Below, piece after piece: positions 10,301 through 19,191 of a stretch of DNA of 64,000 nucleotides (position 1 is its first letter; each line of letters opens with the position of its first letter). Source of the stretch: an uncultured cyanobacterium (GTDB taxonomy: Bacteria > Cyanobacteriota > Cyanobacteriia > Cyanobacteriales > CAWUOF01); the NCBI GenBank assembly GCA_963744145.1, contig CAVUSO010000001.1:64001-128000 (forward strand), given 5' to 3'. Under the pieces are notes generated by a model. It ran no database searches, was not told where the DNA came from, and saw only the letters and a list, made by a program, of their open reading frames with translations. The translations under genes were made by a program, and so were the position numbers.

Positions 10301-12341
10301 GGACAAGACGATCAAACTATGGGAGGTAAAGACAGGTCAGGCACTTCACACTCTCTCTGGTCATAGTGAACAGGTCTTGAGCGTAAGTTTCAGCCCCGAT
10401 GGTCAAACCTTGGCCTCCGGTAGTAGGGACAAGATGATCAAACTATGGGAGGTAAAGATAGGGAAGGAATTTCGCCCTCTTTCTGGTCATAGTAATACGG
10501 TCTTGAGCGTAAGTTTCAGCCCCGATGGTCAAACCTTGGCCTCCGGTAGTGCAGACAAGACGATCAAACTATGGGATGTCAAGACAGGAAAGAAACTTCG
10601 CACTCTTTCTGGCCATAGTAATTTTGTCAGGAGCGTAAGTTTCAGCCCCGATGGTCAAACCTTGGCCTCTGGTAGTGATGACAAGACAATCAAACTATGG
10701 GAGGTAAAGACAGGAAAGGAACTTCGCACTCTCTCTGGCCATAGTAAGGAGGTCTATAGTATAAGTTTCAGCCCCGATGGTCAAACCTTGGCCTCCGGGA
10801 GTAGGGACAAGACGATCAAACTATGGGATGTCAAGACAGGAAAGAAACTTCGCACTCTCTCTGGCCATAGTAATACGGTCATGAGCGTAAGTTTCAGCCC
10901 CGATGGTCAAACCTTGGTCTCCGGTAGTGCAGACAAGACGATCAAACTATGGGATGTCAAGACAGGAAAGAAACTTCGCACTCTCTCTGGTCATAGTGGA
11001 TGGGTCATGAGCGTAAGTTTCAGCCCCGACGGTCAAACCTTGGCCTCCGCTAGTAGAGACAAGACGCTCAAACTATGGGATGCCAAGACAGGAAAGGAAC
11101 TTCGCACTCTCTCTGGCCATAGTAATCACATCTGGAGCGTAAATTTCAGTCCCGATGGTCAAACTTTGGCCTCCGCTAGTAGAGACAAGACGCTCAAACT
11201 ATGGGATGTCAAGACAGGAAAGGAACTTCGCACTCTCTCTGGCCATAATGATTGGGTCATAAGCGTAAGTTTCAGCTCCGATGGTCAAACTTTGGCCTCC
11301 GGGAGTAGGGACAAGACGCTCAAACGATGGGATGTCAAGACAGGGCAGGAACTTCGCCCTCTCTCTGGTCATAGTAATCACGTCTGGAGCGTAAGTTTCA
11401 GCCCCGATGGTCAAACCTTGGCCTCCGGGAGTAGGGACTATACCATCAAACGATGGGATGTCAAGACAGGGCAGGAACTTCGCCCTCTCTCTGGTCATAG
11501 TAATCACGTTAGGAGCGTAAGTTTCAGCCCCGATGGTCAAGCCTTGGCCTCTGGTAGTTATGACAAGACGATCAAACTATGGGATGTCAAGACCGGGCAG
11601 GCACTTCTCACTCTCTCTGACCATAATGATTGGGTCATAAGCGTAAGTTTCAGCTCCGATGGTCAAACTTTGGCCTCCGGGAGTAGGGACTATACCATCA
11701 AACTATGGGATGTCAAGACAGGAAAGAAACTTCGCACTCTCTCTGGCCATAGTAATACGGTCAATAGCGTAAGTTTCAGTCCCGATGGTCAAACCTTGGC
11801 CTCCGGTAGTTATGACAAGACGATCAAACTATGGGATGTCAAGACCGGGCAGGCACTTCTCACTCTTTCTGGTCATAGTGATTGTGTCTATAGCGTAGGT
11901 TTCAGCCCCGATGGTCAAACCTTGGCCTCTGGTAGTGAGGACAATCGGATCAAACTATGGGATGTCAAGACCGGGCAGGAACTTCGCGCTCTCTCTGGCC
12001 ATAGTTATGGGGTCAGGAGCGTAGGTTTCAGCCCCGATGGTCAAACCTTGGCCTCTGGTAGTGAGGACAATCGGATCAAACTATGGGATGTCAAGACCGG
12101 GCAGGAACTTCGCACTCTCTCTGGCCATAGTTATGGGGTCAATAGCGTAAGTTTCAGCCCCGATGGTCAAATCTTGGCCTCCAGTAGTGAGGACAAAACG
12201 ATCAAACTATGGAAGTTAGTAGAGTTTGATTTAAACCATCTCTTAGAAAGGGGCTGCCATTGGGTACACGCTTATTTACACAATCCTGATTCTGGTTTAG
12301 ACGAGAGTGACAGACATATTTGCGACGATATCAGGTACTGA
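7311..12341 (+). CDS. Triple-TIR domain protein with 21 C-terminal WD40 repeats
   Basis: Three FISY/FLSY...S.YC..E TIR motifs, each followed by a helical LLxGxE/N..AExWL segment, then 21 GH...WD/WE repeats. Confidence 0.92.
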   Translation: MSDSQVPKTQFYDAFISYGRADSKAFAAKLKERLQSQNLEVWLDLEEIPFGVDFQNQINDGITKADNFLFLISPHSVNSAYCRKEIDLAIELNKRIYPIWHVAEIDQETWQERNPGKSEAEWLRYKETGQHSTVPGKNPNMHPKIGEINWLPGEKDKQRDGEKRDDFEERLFTLLDTELINIVRRHQDYVRQHTVLLNQALYWKDQQKQTRYLLIGEERQKAEKWLKERKERFKEKKLAPGEPTLLHCEFICESIKNANNLMTQVFLSYAEVDISTMLQVREILLRESITVWTNQTDIQTGEVFEEAIERGIEQADNIVYLISIDALTSYYCQKEIDYALSLNKRIIPLLIKPTDLEQIPSVIRGLQFIDFTDNQTEADLRQDLDDLLNVLREEESYYEEHKMLLSKALKWEEQKRNPSILLRGYNLRHAETWLKGAERKTQHQPTTLQKEFINESLRQPPAASLDLFISYSRSDSDLARALNDELQIRGKTTWFDQESIASGADFQKEIYAGIESADNFLFILSPRSINSTYCADEVEYAAKLNKRFITILHQDVNTIELHPELAKVQWIDFRQKEGEFSANVNQLLRTLDTDREYIQNHTKWLRRAIEWENQGKNNDLLLRGSELAIADDWLKQANQGKKQPQVTELQTNFIESSRNAIEAIAKQEKQQQAKAQAQYALSLLHPREDKLDALITAIKAAKIIQKENISEIAVTAALANSVFDVKEHNRLVNHRDGVLSVSFSPDRQTLVSSSFDKTIKLWDVKTGQALRTFSGHSNAVHSVGFSPDGQTLASGSADKTIKLWDVKTGQALLTLSGHSDCVYSVGFSPDGQTLASGSADKTIKLWDVKTGQELRTLSGHSNSVFSVSFSPDGQTLASGSRDKTIKLWDVKTVQTLRPLMLLIQNMNRWLKPSMATKLGQIIRSFSNTRTLSGHSNSVFSVSFSPDGHTLASGSADKTIKLWEVKTGQALHTLSGHSEQVLSVSFSPDGQTLVSGSWDKTIKLWEVKTGQALHTLSGHSEQVLSVSFSPDGQTLASGSRDKMIKLWEVKIGKEFRPLSGHSNTVLSVSFSPDGQTLASGSADKTIKLWDVKTGKKLRTLSGHSNFVRSVSFSPDGQTLASGSDDKTIKLWEVKTGKELRTLSGHSKEVYSISFSPDGQTLASGSRDKTIKLWDVKTGKKLRTLSGHSNTVMSVSFSPDGQTLVSGSADKTIKLWDVKTGKKLRTLSGHSGWVMSVSFSPDGQTLASASRDKTLKLWDAKTGKELRTLSGHSNHIWSVNFSPDGQTLASASRDKTLKLWDVKTGKELRTLSGHNDWVISVSFSSDGQTLASGSRDKTLKRWDVKTGQELRPLSGHSNHVWSVSFSPDGQTLASGSRDYTIKRWDVKTGQELRPLSGHSNHVRSVSFSPDGQALASGSYDKTIKLWDVKTGQALLTLSDHNDWVISVSFSSDGQTLASGSRDYTIKLWDVKTGKKLRTLSGHSNTVNSVSFSPDGQTLASGSYDKTIKLWDVKTGQALLTLSGHSDCVYSVGFSPDGQTLASGSEDNRIKLWDVKTGQELRALSGHSYGVRSVGFSPDGQTLASGSEDNRIKLWDVKTGQELRTLSGHSYGVNSVSFSPDGQILASSSEDKTIKLWKLVEFDLNHLLERGCHWVHAYLHNPDSGLDESDRHICDDIRY
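9501..12213 (+). repeat. Array of 21 highly similar 126-bp WD40-coding units
   Basis: Recurring AGCGTAAGTTTCAGCCCCGATGGTCAAACCTTGGCCTCCGGTAGT...AAACTATGGGATGTCAAGACAGG. Confidence 0.95.
10007..10094. mobile_element. 88-bp MITE-like element inserted in frame in the WD40 array
   Basis: Imperfect terminal inverted repeats GATGTTGCTGAT.../...ATTCAGCAACACC. Flanking 8-bp duplication CGCCCTCT (9999-10006) / CGCACTCT (10095-10102). 88+8 = 96 bp = 32 codons. Confidence 0.75.
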
Positions 12342-12360
12342 CGATATCGGTACTGTTCCT

Positions 12361-14634
12361 ATGAGTGATTCTCTACTCCCAAGTACCCTACTTTACCATG
12401 CGTTTATTTCCTATGGTCGAGCCGATAGTAAGGCTTTTGCTGCCAAACTACAAGAACGACTACAGAGTAATGGTTTTCAAGTTTGGTTTGATTTCAATGA
12501 TATTCCCTTGGGGATTGATTATCAAAATCAGATTGATGATGGGGGGATAACCAAAGCTGATAACTTTCTGTTTCTAATTTCGCCCGATTCCGTTAATTCT
12601 CCCTATTGTCGCCAAGAAATTGAACGAGCCATCGAATTAAAAAAACGCATTATTCCCATCCTGTACGTTAAACAAATTAGTCAGGAAACTTGGCAACAAC
12701 AGAATCCTGGTAAATCTGAAGCTGACTGGCAAATCTATCAGGAAAAGGGATTACATTCTACTGATCCCAAGACCAATCCCAATATGCACTCTGTCATCAG
12801 CAAAATCAATTGGATCTTTGTTCAAGAAGGGATTGATGATTTTGAGAAGGGATTGAGCGCATTAATAGATATATTTCGTCGCCATCAAGACTATGTGCGA
12901 CAACATACAGTTTTGTTGAATCAAGCAATTGACTGGGAACAGCAGCAGAAACAAACTCGTTATTTATTAATTGGGAAAGAACTGCAAACAGCAGAAATAT
13001 GGTTAAAAAAGAGGTTTAAGGAAGAACAAGCACCCTGCGAACCTACATTGCTGCATTGTGAGTTAATTTGCGAGAGTATCAAGAATGCCAATAACTTGAT
13101 GACTCAGGTGTTTCTTTCATATTCGGAAGTAGATCGTTCTACAATGCTTCAAATTCGGGAGAGATTATTACGAGAAGGGATTACGGTTTGGACAAATCAG
13201 ACAGATATCCAAACTGTTGAGGAGGTAATAAATCGGGGAATTACTCAAGCGGATAATGTGGTCTATTTGATTTCGACCGATGCACTGACATCTCATGACT
13301 GTCAGAAAGAAATTGACTATGCTCTCTCGTTGAATAAAAGAATTATTCCTTTGTTAATTAAACCAATAGATTTAGAACAAATTCCACCAACAATAAAAGG
13401 ATTACAACGGATTAACTTTACTGACAATCAGACTGAGGTGGATTTACGTCAGGATTTAGTGGATGATTTGCTCAAGGTTTTACGGGAAGATGCCAGCTAT
13501 TACGAAGAGCATAAAAAGCTGTTATGCAAGGCGTTGAAGTGGGAAAAACAGAACCGCAAACCCAGTATTTTATTGCGGGGTTACAATTTGGGTTACAATT
13601 TGCGCCATGCAGAAATTTGGTTGAAGGGAGGGGAACGGAAAACCCAACATCAGCCGACAAACTTACAAAAAGAGTTTATTAATGAAAGTTTGCTCCAGCC
13701 TCTTGAAGAATCTCTAGATGTATTTATTTCCTACTCTAGGTCTGATTCTGATCTAGCCCGTGCATTAAATGATAAGTTGCAAGTACAAGGAAAGACTACT
13801 TGGTTTGACCAAGAAAGTATTACATCAAAGACGGATTTTCAGCAAGAGATTTATCGGGTAATAGAGAGTGCGGACAATTTTTTGTTTATTTTGTCGCCAC
13901 GTTCTATTAATTCTCCTCACTGTGCTGATGAGTTTGAATATGCAGCTAAACTTAACAAACGATTTATTACTGTATTGCATCAAGATGTGAATACTACTGA
14001 ATTACATCCAGAGTTAGCTAAGATGGAGCGGATTGATTTTACGCAAGGAGCATTTGATGCGAATGTTAATGAATTGTTGAGGATTTTAGACACAGACAGG
14101 GAATATATCAAAAGTCATACTAAATTGCTGCGTCGGGCGATTGAATGGGAAAACCAAGATCAAAATAATTATTTACGGCTAAAAGGTAGTGAGCTTAGGA
14201 GCGCGTATAAATGGTTCCAAAAAACAACTCAAAGTAAAAAGCAACCTCCTGTCACAGAACTACAAACTAAGTTTATTGAGTCTAGTCATAATGCGATCAA
14301 GGAGATTGCTAAAATGGAATACGCACAACGATTCTATACGGCGAAGAAATATTCAAAAAAGATGGTATTCATGATGGTATTCATGATGGTATTATATTAC
14401 GGATTTGTCGGCTTGAACCGTATATTAATGTGGGAAAAAAGTCTCCAAAATCGAATCACACAGCTCAAAAATCAAATCACACAGGATAAAGCTGATAATG
14501 AAAATATGAACAATAACATCAAAAAGATGAACCAAAACATAAACCAACTATGCTCTACATCCGATAATTCTGATTCTGGTTTAGATGAGAAGCAAAGACA
14601 TATTTGCGATGATTACCGTACTGGGAAAAATTAA
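12361..14634 (+). CDS. Triple-TIR paralog with C-terminal transmembrane helix and coiled coil (no WD40)
   Basis: Start placed at ATG 12361 by homology with 7311 (TTCCT-ATGAGTGATTCTC). Three TIR domains; hydrophobic MVFMMVFMMVLYYGFVGL; C-terminal DSGLDE..RHICDD.R shared with the upstream gene. Confidence 0.85.
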   Translation: MSDSLLPSTLLYHAFISYGRADSKAFAAKLQERLQSNGFQVWFDFNDIPLGIDYQNQIDDGGITKADNFLFLISPDSVNSPYCRQEIERAIELKKRIIPILYVKQISQETWQQQNPGKSEADWQIYQEKGLHSTDPKTNPNMHSVISKINWIFVQEGIDDFEKGLSALIDIFRRHQDYVRQHTVLLNQAIDWEQQQKQTRYLLIGKELQTAEIWLKKRFKEEQAPCEPTLLHCELICESIKNANNLMTQVFLSYSEVDRSTMLQIRERLLREGITVWTNQTDIQTVEEVINRGITQADNVVYLISTDALTSHDCQKEIDYALSLNKRIIPLLIKPIDLEQIPPTIKGLQRINFTDNQTEVDLRQDLVDDLLKVLREDASYYEEHKKLLCKALKWEKQNRKPSILLRGYNLGYNLRHAEIWLKGGERKTQHQPTNLQKEFINESLLQPLEESLDVFISYSRSDSDLARALNDKLQVQGKTTWFDQESITSKTDFQQEIYRVIESADNFLFILSPRSINSPHCADEFEYAAKLNKRFITVLHQDVNTTELHPELAKMERIDFTQGAFDANVNELLRILDTDREYIKSHTKLLRRAIEWENQDQNNYLRLKGSELRSAYKWFQKTTQSKKQPPVTELQTKFIESSHNAIKEIAKMEYAQRFYTAKKYSKKMVFMMVFMMVLYYGFVGLNRILMWEKSLQNRITQLKNQITQDKADNENMNNNIKKMNQNINQLCSTSDNSDSGLDEKQRHICDDYRTGKN

Positions 14635-15103
14635 TCTAAATTACTTGGAAATATCCCTTATTTGTCAACAGTAATTCTGAGTTAAAGTGATTAATCTGGA
14701 GCAGAGCGATCGCATTTCCCCAACCAGCATAAGCAGTCTTAATTCTGATCACGATCGCCTTCTCCTCAAGATAGCATTTAGCAGCGATCGCGCCTGACTT
14801 CGCGAGAAATTGATTTAGTACGCAAATTCTAGGTTTGAGGATTGCATTACCTGTTAAAGGGTGGAACAGACATAGTTGAATAGAAACACTATTTTCAATG
14901 GTCCATGCTACGCCCTAATTTTTGATCGACAAGTTTGCTCAATATCCTTGATCGCTTTGACCTGAAAGCGATCGCCAAAATGAGATATATAAAATTTATT
15001 TTCTAATTCCTGACACCATTGCGCTAAAAGATATTATGGTACTAATACTAATGCAGATGCCTGAAAATGATCCAGTAAATATTGACGCAGAATTGCACCA
15101 GCT

Positions 15104-16009
15104 TCAATAAACACTATAACTTATTTCCTGAGTCTGGGTCAATTCGTGAGAATTGTTGACAGTTAAATAAAAATATCGTTTAGTTGTTTCTGGTAAAATC
15201 GCTCCAGTTAAGTTAACACCATCAACAGTAGCACCGATTAAAGTAGCTTCACTCAAATCTGCTTCGCTCAGATCTGCCTGACATAATCTCGCCCAATTGA
15301 GATTAGCTCTCATTAAAAAAGCTCCACTCAAATTTGCTCCCGCTAAATCTGCTCCGGTTAGTTGAGCACCTCGCATTTGTGCTTGAGTGAGATTAGCAGA
15401 GATCATATTTGCTCCTTCTAAGTTAGCCCCACTCAGTCTTGCTTCACTCATATTCACTCCATTTAAGTCAACCCCACCCAAATCAATCCCATTCATAAAA
15501 GCTTTACTGAGGTTAACTCCATTTAAAAATGCTCCTAAGAGCATTGCTCCACTGAGTTTAGCGGCACCAAGATTAGACCAATTTAAGTTAGCACCATTCA
15601 AATTGGCTCCCCGCAGATTTGCCGATTGTAAATTAGCACTACATATATTGGTACTCCACAAATTAGCACCTCTGAGGTTAGCTCCACTCAGATTGGCTCC
15701 ACTTAATTTTGCCCTTGGTAATTTAGTTTTTACCATAAAAGTTCCATTCATGACTGCTTTAGTTAAGTCGGTATCAATCAGTTTTGCTTCACCTAATTTC
15801 GCAAAACTTAGGTTTGCCCAATTGAGTGATGCTTCACTGAAATCTGTTTTTGTTAAAAATGCACGACTAAGATTTGCCCCGATTAACTTAGCTTTAGTTA
15901 AATTAACACCAATTAATATCGCTCCACTCAGATCCGCTCCCGTCAGATCCACACCAGTAAAATTTCTTTCTCCCTGTTCGTAATATCTCAGCAAACAACT
16001 AGCTTTCAT
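15104..16009 (-). CDS. Pentapeptide repeat protein
   Basis: YEQGERNF N-terminus and A(D/N)LxG repeats throughout. Confidence 0.93.
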   Translation of the reverse strand: MKASCLLRYYEQGERNFTGVDLTGADLSGAILIGVNLTKAKLIGANLSRAFLTKTDFSEASLNWANLSFAKLGEAKLIDTDLTKAVMNGTFMVKTKLPRAKLSGANLSGANLRGANLWSTNICSANLQSANLRGANLNGANLNWSNLGAAKLSGAMLLGAFLNGVNLSKAFMNGIDLGGVDLNGVNMSEARLSGANLEGANMISANLTQAQMRGAQLTGADLAGANLSGAFLMRANLNWARLCQADLSEADLSEATLIGATVDGVNLTGAILPETTKRYFYLTVNNSHELTQTQEISYSVY

Positions 16010-16721
16010 GGCGATATCTCTCCAGTAACTACTTATTGAATCTAACCCAATAGCTAAGATATTAGCATTTTAAGATTGATCCCTGTTGCCAAAACGTCCA
16101 ATCTCTTTTAATCTACTAGCTAGCTAAGATGAAATTTGATCCAGTCGTTTGGCAGCCCTACTTCTAACTTTATATTATTCCCAGCTTGAATAAATAATTA
16201 ACTTTTTTTTAAAAAATTAAAATAAATATTTATTAAGTAGGCTGAGAAAATTAAAGGTGAAATTATGGACGTAAGTATTCGGACATAAATTCGGTTCGCT
16301 GGATCAACAATTACCAAACTTTTATTTATGAGGGGTAGTCAGCGATCGCTATTCCAAATTTCAGCACTCACGCGATCGCCCTAGAAACGGAGTGATTGCA
16401 TTTTCTTGACCACAATGTTAATCAAAATATCCCAGAAGTTAACCTGAATAATAGAAGTATCGCGTTAAGATTTTGATTTTATTAGTGCGATCGTCAGAAA
16501 GCTAGCAACTGTTGAAATATTTCAGTGAAGCCAAATGGAAAAATTTACCGCTTACCTTTGCTCTTCGAGCTTTTTTCATAAGTGAGATGCACTGGTTTAA
16601 TCCTGAGATTAGCTGGTATAATTCTTGACATTAGCATGGTTGGTGAGCTGTACGCCCCTATCAGCGAGACTCATTAGCTGTCTTTTCCGGTAACTGGGTA
16701 AGTCCGATCAGATTCAAAATT

Positions 16722-17801
16722 GTGAATAACCCTGCAAAAAAGTATCTGGTAGTAGGTGCGGGGAATATCGGTTTGGCTACGGCTGCTTTCTTAGCTGATC
16801 AAGGAGCTGATATATACTTATATACTCGACGTAAGACTACTATTGCCAAAACGAAAACACTCTACTCAACAGGACTGATCTCGTCAGGGACTCAGACGAT
16901 CGCTGAATGTTCAACAAATTTAGCCACCCTAGTAAAAAAAAGCGGAAGATTAATCCGCAGAGTAATTATCGGCTGTTGGGGAAACGATGTAGAAAACTTA
17001 GCTGTCCGATTCGCTCCCTATGTCAGTCAAGATCTGAGCATACTGCTAATCTGTTCCGGTCGCTTTGCTGGGTTGCTGTTCCTAAAGACTTTAAGTAGGT
17101 TAGGCGTTCCGCCCGATCAACTCCCCGCAGTTGCTGATGTTCATGTCAGCCCTTTCGTTAGTCGTAGCAATGCTGATGATCAGGTCAATATTATTGCCTT
17201 AAAAAATGATGTCAGCGTCGCGGCATAAACTCCAGCCATGACCGAGCAGATCCTGCAAGATTTTCAAGGGATTTTTAGCAATATTTCTCCTGTTGAATCT
17301 TTTCTAGAAGTGAATTGGCAGAAATGTGACGAGATAGTTCATATTCCCCTACTCTTGACCAGCTGGATCAACATAGAAAACCAAGAAGGGCATAATATTT
17401 ATAAAACCGCAACCCATAACACTGCTCAACTGGTTATTCAATTGGATCGAGAACGTCTGGCTGTGGGTAAGGCTCTTGGTTTTGAGTTGATGAATGTGTG
17501 CGCTGATTATGAGAGAATCTATGGGACTTCAGGCCCGTCTCTGCTGGAACATTTTCGCCAAGTTCCTGCCTATAAACAAGCAACTATCCAAAATCCTCAG
17601 CACAGATTTTTAGTTGAAGATGTGCCTTTCAGCGCTGAACCCCTGCAATCCTTGGCTGATTTCCTACAGGTAAAAACGCCTCTCCTTGATGCTTGTATTA
17701 TGTTTTCTCGTTCTTTGCTTGAGATCCCACCAACATGGACTCTGGAAGCTGAGGATTTAGAGATGCTGAAGGCAACTGCTAATTCAAGAAAAAGAACCTA
17801 A
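16722..17801 (+). pseudogene. NAD(P)-dependent opine/octopine dehydrogenase-like gene interrupted by an in-frame TAA at 17226-17228
   Basis: The two ORFs share one frame. N-terminal Rossmann motif VVGAGNIG; C-terminal LDRERLAVGKALG and HRFLVEDVPF...TPLLD opine-dehydrogenase motifs. Confidence 0.75.
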
Positions 17802-17806
17802 TTCTT

Positions 17807-18050
17807 ATGAAAGAACCTAGTTTTTATGGTCGCTTTTTCCGACTAGCTTTCTTCAATATTCTCTCTAATTTGATCGTGCCTTTAGCTGGTTTAGTTGATC
17901 TAGCATTCCTGGGGCACTTGAGCGATATTCATCACCTGGCTGGAGTCAGTTTAGCAACTGTCTTATTTGACTACATATACTGGACTTTCGGCTTTTTACG
18001 CATGGGTACAACTGGAACAACGGCTCAAGCGGTGGGATGCTCGGATTCTG
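17807..18050 (+). pseudogene. 5' fragment of a MATE (DinF-like) efflux transporter
   Basis: NILSNLIVPLAGLVDLAFLGH...FGFLRMGTTGTTAQAVG, then loss of similarity after about 80 codons. Confidence 0.8.
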
Positions 18051-18252
18051 AGGGCTGTGAGCAGGTTGGCAAAAAGAAGGAGAATGGTTGACTAACGTTG
18101 CCCTAATATTTGATATTGATAAAGCACCTATAGGTCACTTTCCAGGTCGCATAAGTTTAATAATGGTCAATAGCAGTCTTTATGGTTGGGTCTGTTCAAT
18201 TTCGTTGAACATAACAGAGCTTTTTGCTCGTCTAGATAATTGTAACCTGTAA
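18051..18252 (+). pseudogene. 3' remnant of a GUN4-domain gene
   Basis: CEQVG, then after a frameshift GEWLTNVALIFDIDKAPIGHFPG...W...LFARLDNCNL*. This matches the GUN4 C-terminal pattern W..L.F...AP.GHLP...LFSRL..C.L. Confidence 0.55.
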
Positions 18253-18534
18253 GATTCTAAAAACTCTAATTTATTACTAATTGCGATCGCGCTTCTCAAC
18301 CCCAACCAAAAACGCAATATTGCGCGATCGCCAAGTCTAAAAAATCCTACCAACTTTTTTTGTTAAACAATTAGAATAAATATTTATTAAGTAGGTTGAC
18401 TTTTTTTCTAATCTATGCAAAGATGAAATTTGTGAAACCCCGGTAAGCCGCTAGACTTATCGGGGTTTAAAATCAAGTAAGTGATCTGGTTCGTTCTGAA
18501 CGCTAGACAGTTATTTAAGTGTTTGTGCTTTAAT

Positions 18535-18550
18535 TAGATAGATTGTTCTA
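18535..18550 (+). promoter_or_regulatory. Candidate TetR-family operator TAGA-N8-TCTA
   Basis: TAGATAGATTGTTCTA lies 10 bp upstream of the osmC-like ATG, and the operon ends in a TetR gene. Confidence 0.5.
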
Positions 18551-18560
18551 TTTACAAATT

Positions 18561-19097
18561 ATGACTGAAGTAACCATCTCAACCCAAACCCCTCTTCGCC
18601 CAGTCAGTAAGACAGGGTTAGAAAATCTGGCAGCAACAGCGAAAGCCAACCCCAATGTGGTCAAATCTCTAAAGATTAAAACGGTCTGTGAGGGACAGTT
18701 TCGCAACTTAAACTATGCACGAAATTTACCAGAGCAAGTAATTGATGAACCCCCAAGCTTACTGGGTCAAGATACCGCACCTAACCCCTCGGAAGCTGTA
18801 TTAGCGGCACTTGGTTCTTGTTTATCCGTGGGGATTCATGCTAATGCGATTATGCGGGGTATTACCCTAACCAAGCTGGAATTGGAGCTAGAAGGCGATC
18901 TTAATATCACTGGGGTTTGGGGAATCGGCGATCTATCGGAAAAGCGACTTGGCTTTACTGATATTCGTGTGAAGGTCGATTTAGAGGGTGATGCTAGTCG
19001 CGAAGCTTTAGATGATCTAGTTGCTCACTCCAATACTTGGTCACCTGTCGCTAATACCCTCCGTAACCCGGTTAATCTGGCGGTTTCCCTCGCCTAA
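18561..19097 (+). CDS. OsmC/Ohr-family protein
   Basis: DEPPSLLGQDTAPNPSEAVLAALGSCL; the second Cys position reads WSPV. ATG at 18561. Confidence 0.88.
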   Translation: MTEVTISTQTPLRPVSKTGLENLAATAKANPNVVKSLKIKTVCEGQFRNLNYARNLPEQVIDEPPSLLGQDTAPNPSEAVLAALGSCLSVGIHANAIMRGITLTKLELELEGDLNITGVWGIGDLSEKRLGFTDIRVKVDLEGDASREALDDLVAHSNTWSPVANTLRNPVNLAVSLA

Positions 19098-19121
19098 ACG
19101 CGGTTTGGCTTTCCATCTTCA

Positions 19122-19152
19122 GCCAGACTCTATTTGCTCACAAGAGTCTGGC
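19122..19152 (+). other. Intergenic 10-bp stem-loop
   Basis: GCCAGACTCT...AGAGTCTGGC perfect inverted repeat with no U-tract. Confidence 0.6.
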
Positions 19153-19191
19153 ATCTAGAAAGTGTTTCACCATTTTTGTAGAGATTAACCT

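Noticed and set aside
9501-12213. Diversity-generating retroelement acting on the WD40 repeats
   Set aside because: No reverse transcriptase or non-coding template repeat is visible, and the substitutions are not restricted to adenines.
12307-12360. GTG start of the second TIR gene overlapping the first
   Set aside because: Homology with the first gene places the start at ATG 12361.
15387-15983. 198-aa antisense ORF
   Set aside because: Shadow of the pentapeptide-repeat gene; the same applies to the antisense ORFs over the FHA, fab, pls and pstS genes.
17226-17228. Programmed readthrough or recoding at in-frame stops (also 26910-26912)
   Set aside because: TAA is not a Sec or Pyl codon. 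The TGA is at a non-catalytic position with no evident SECIS-like hairpin. A nonsense mutation or sequencing error is simpler.
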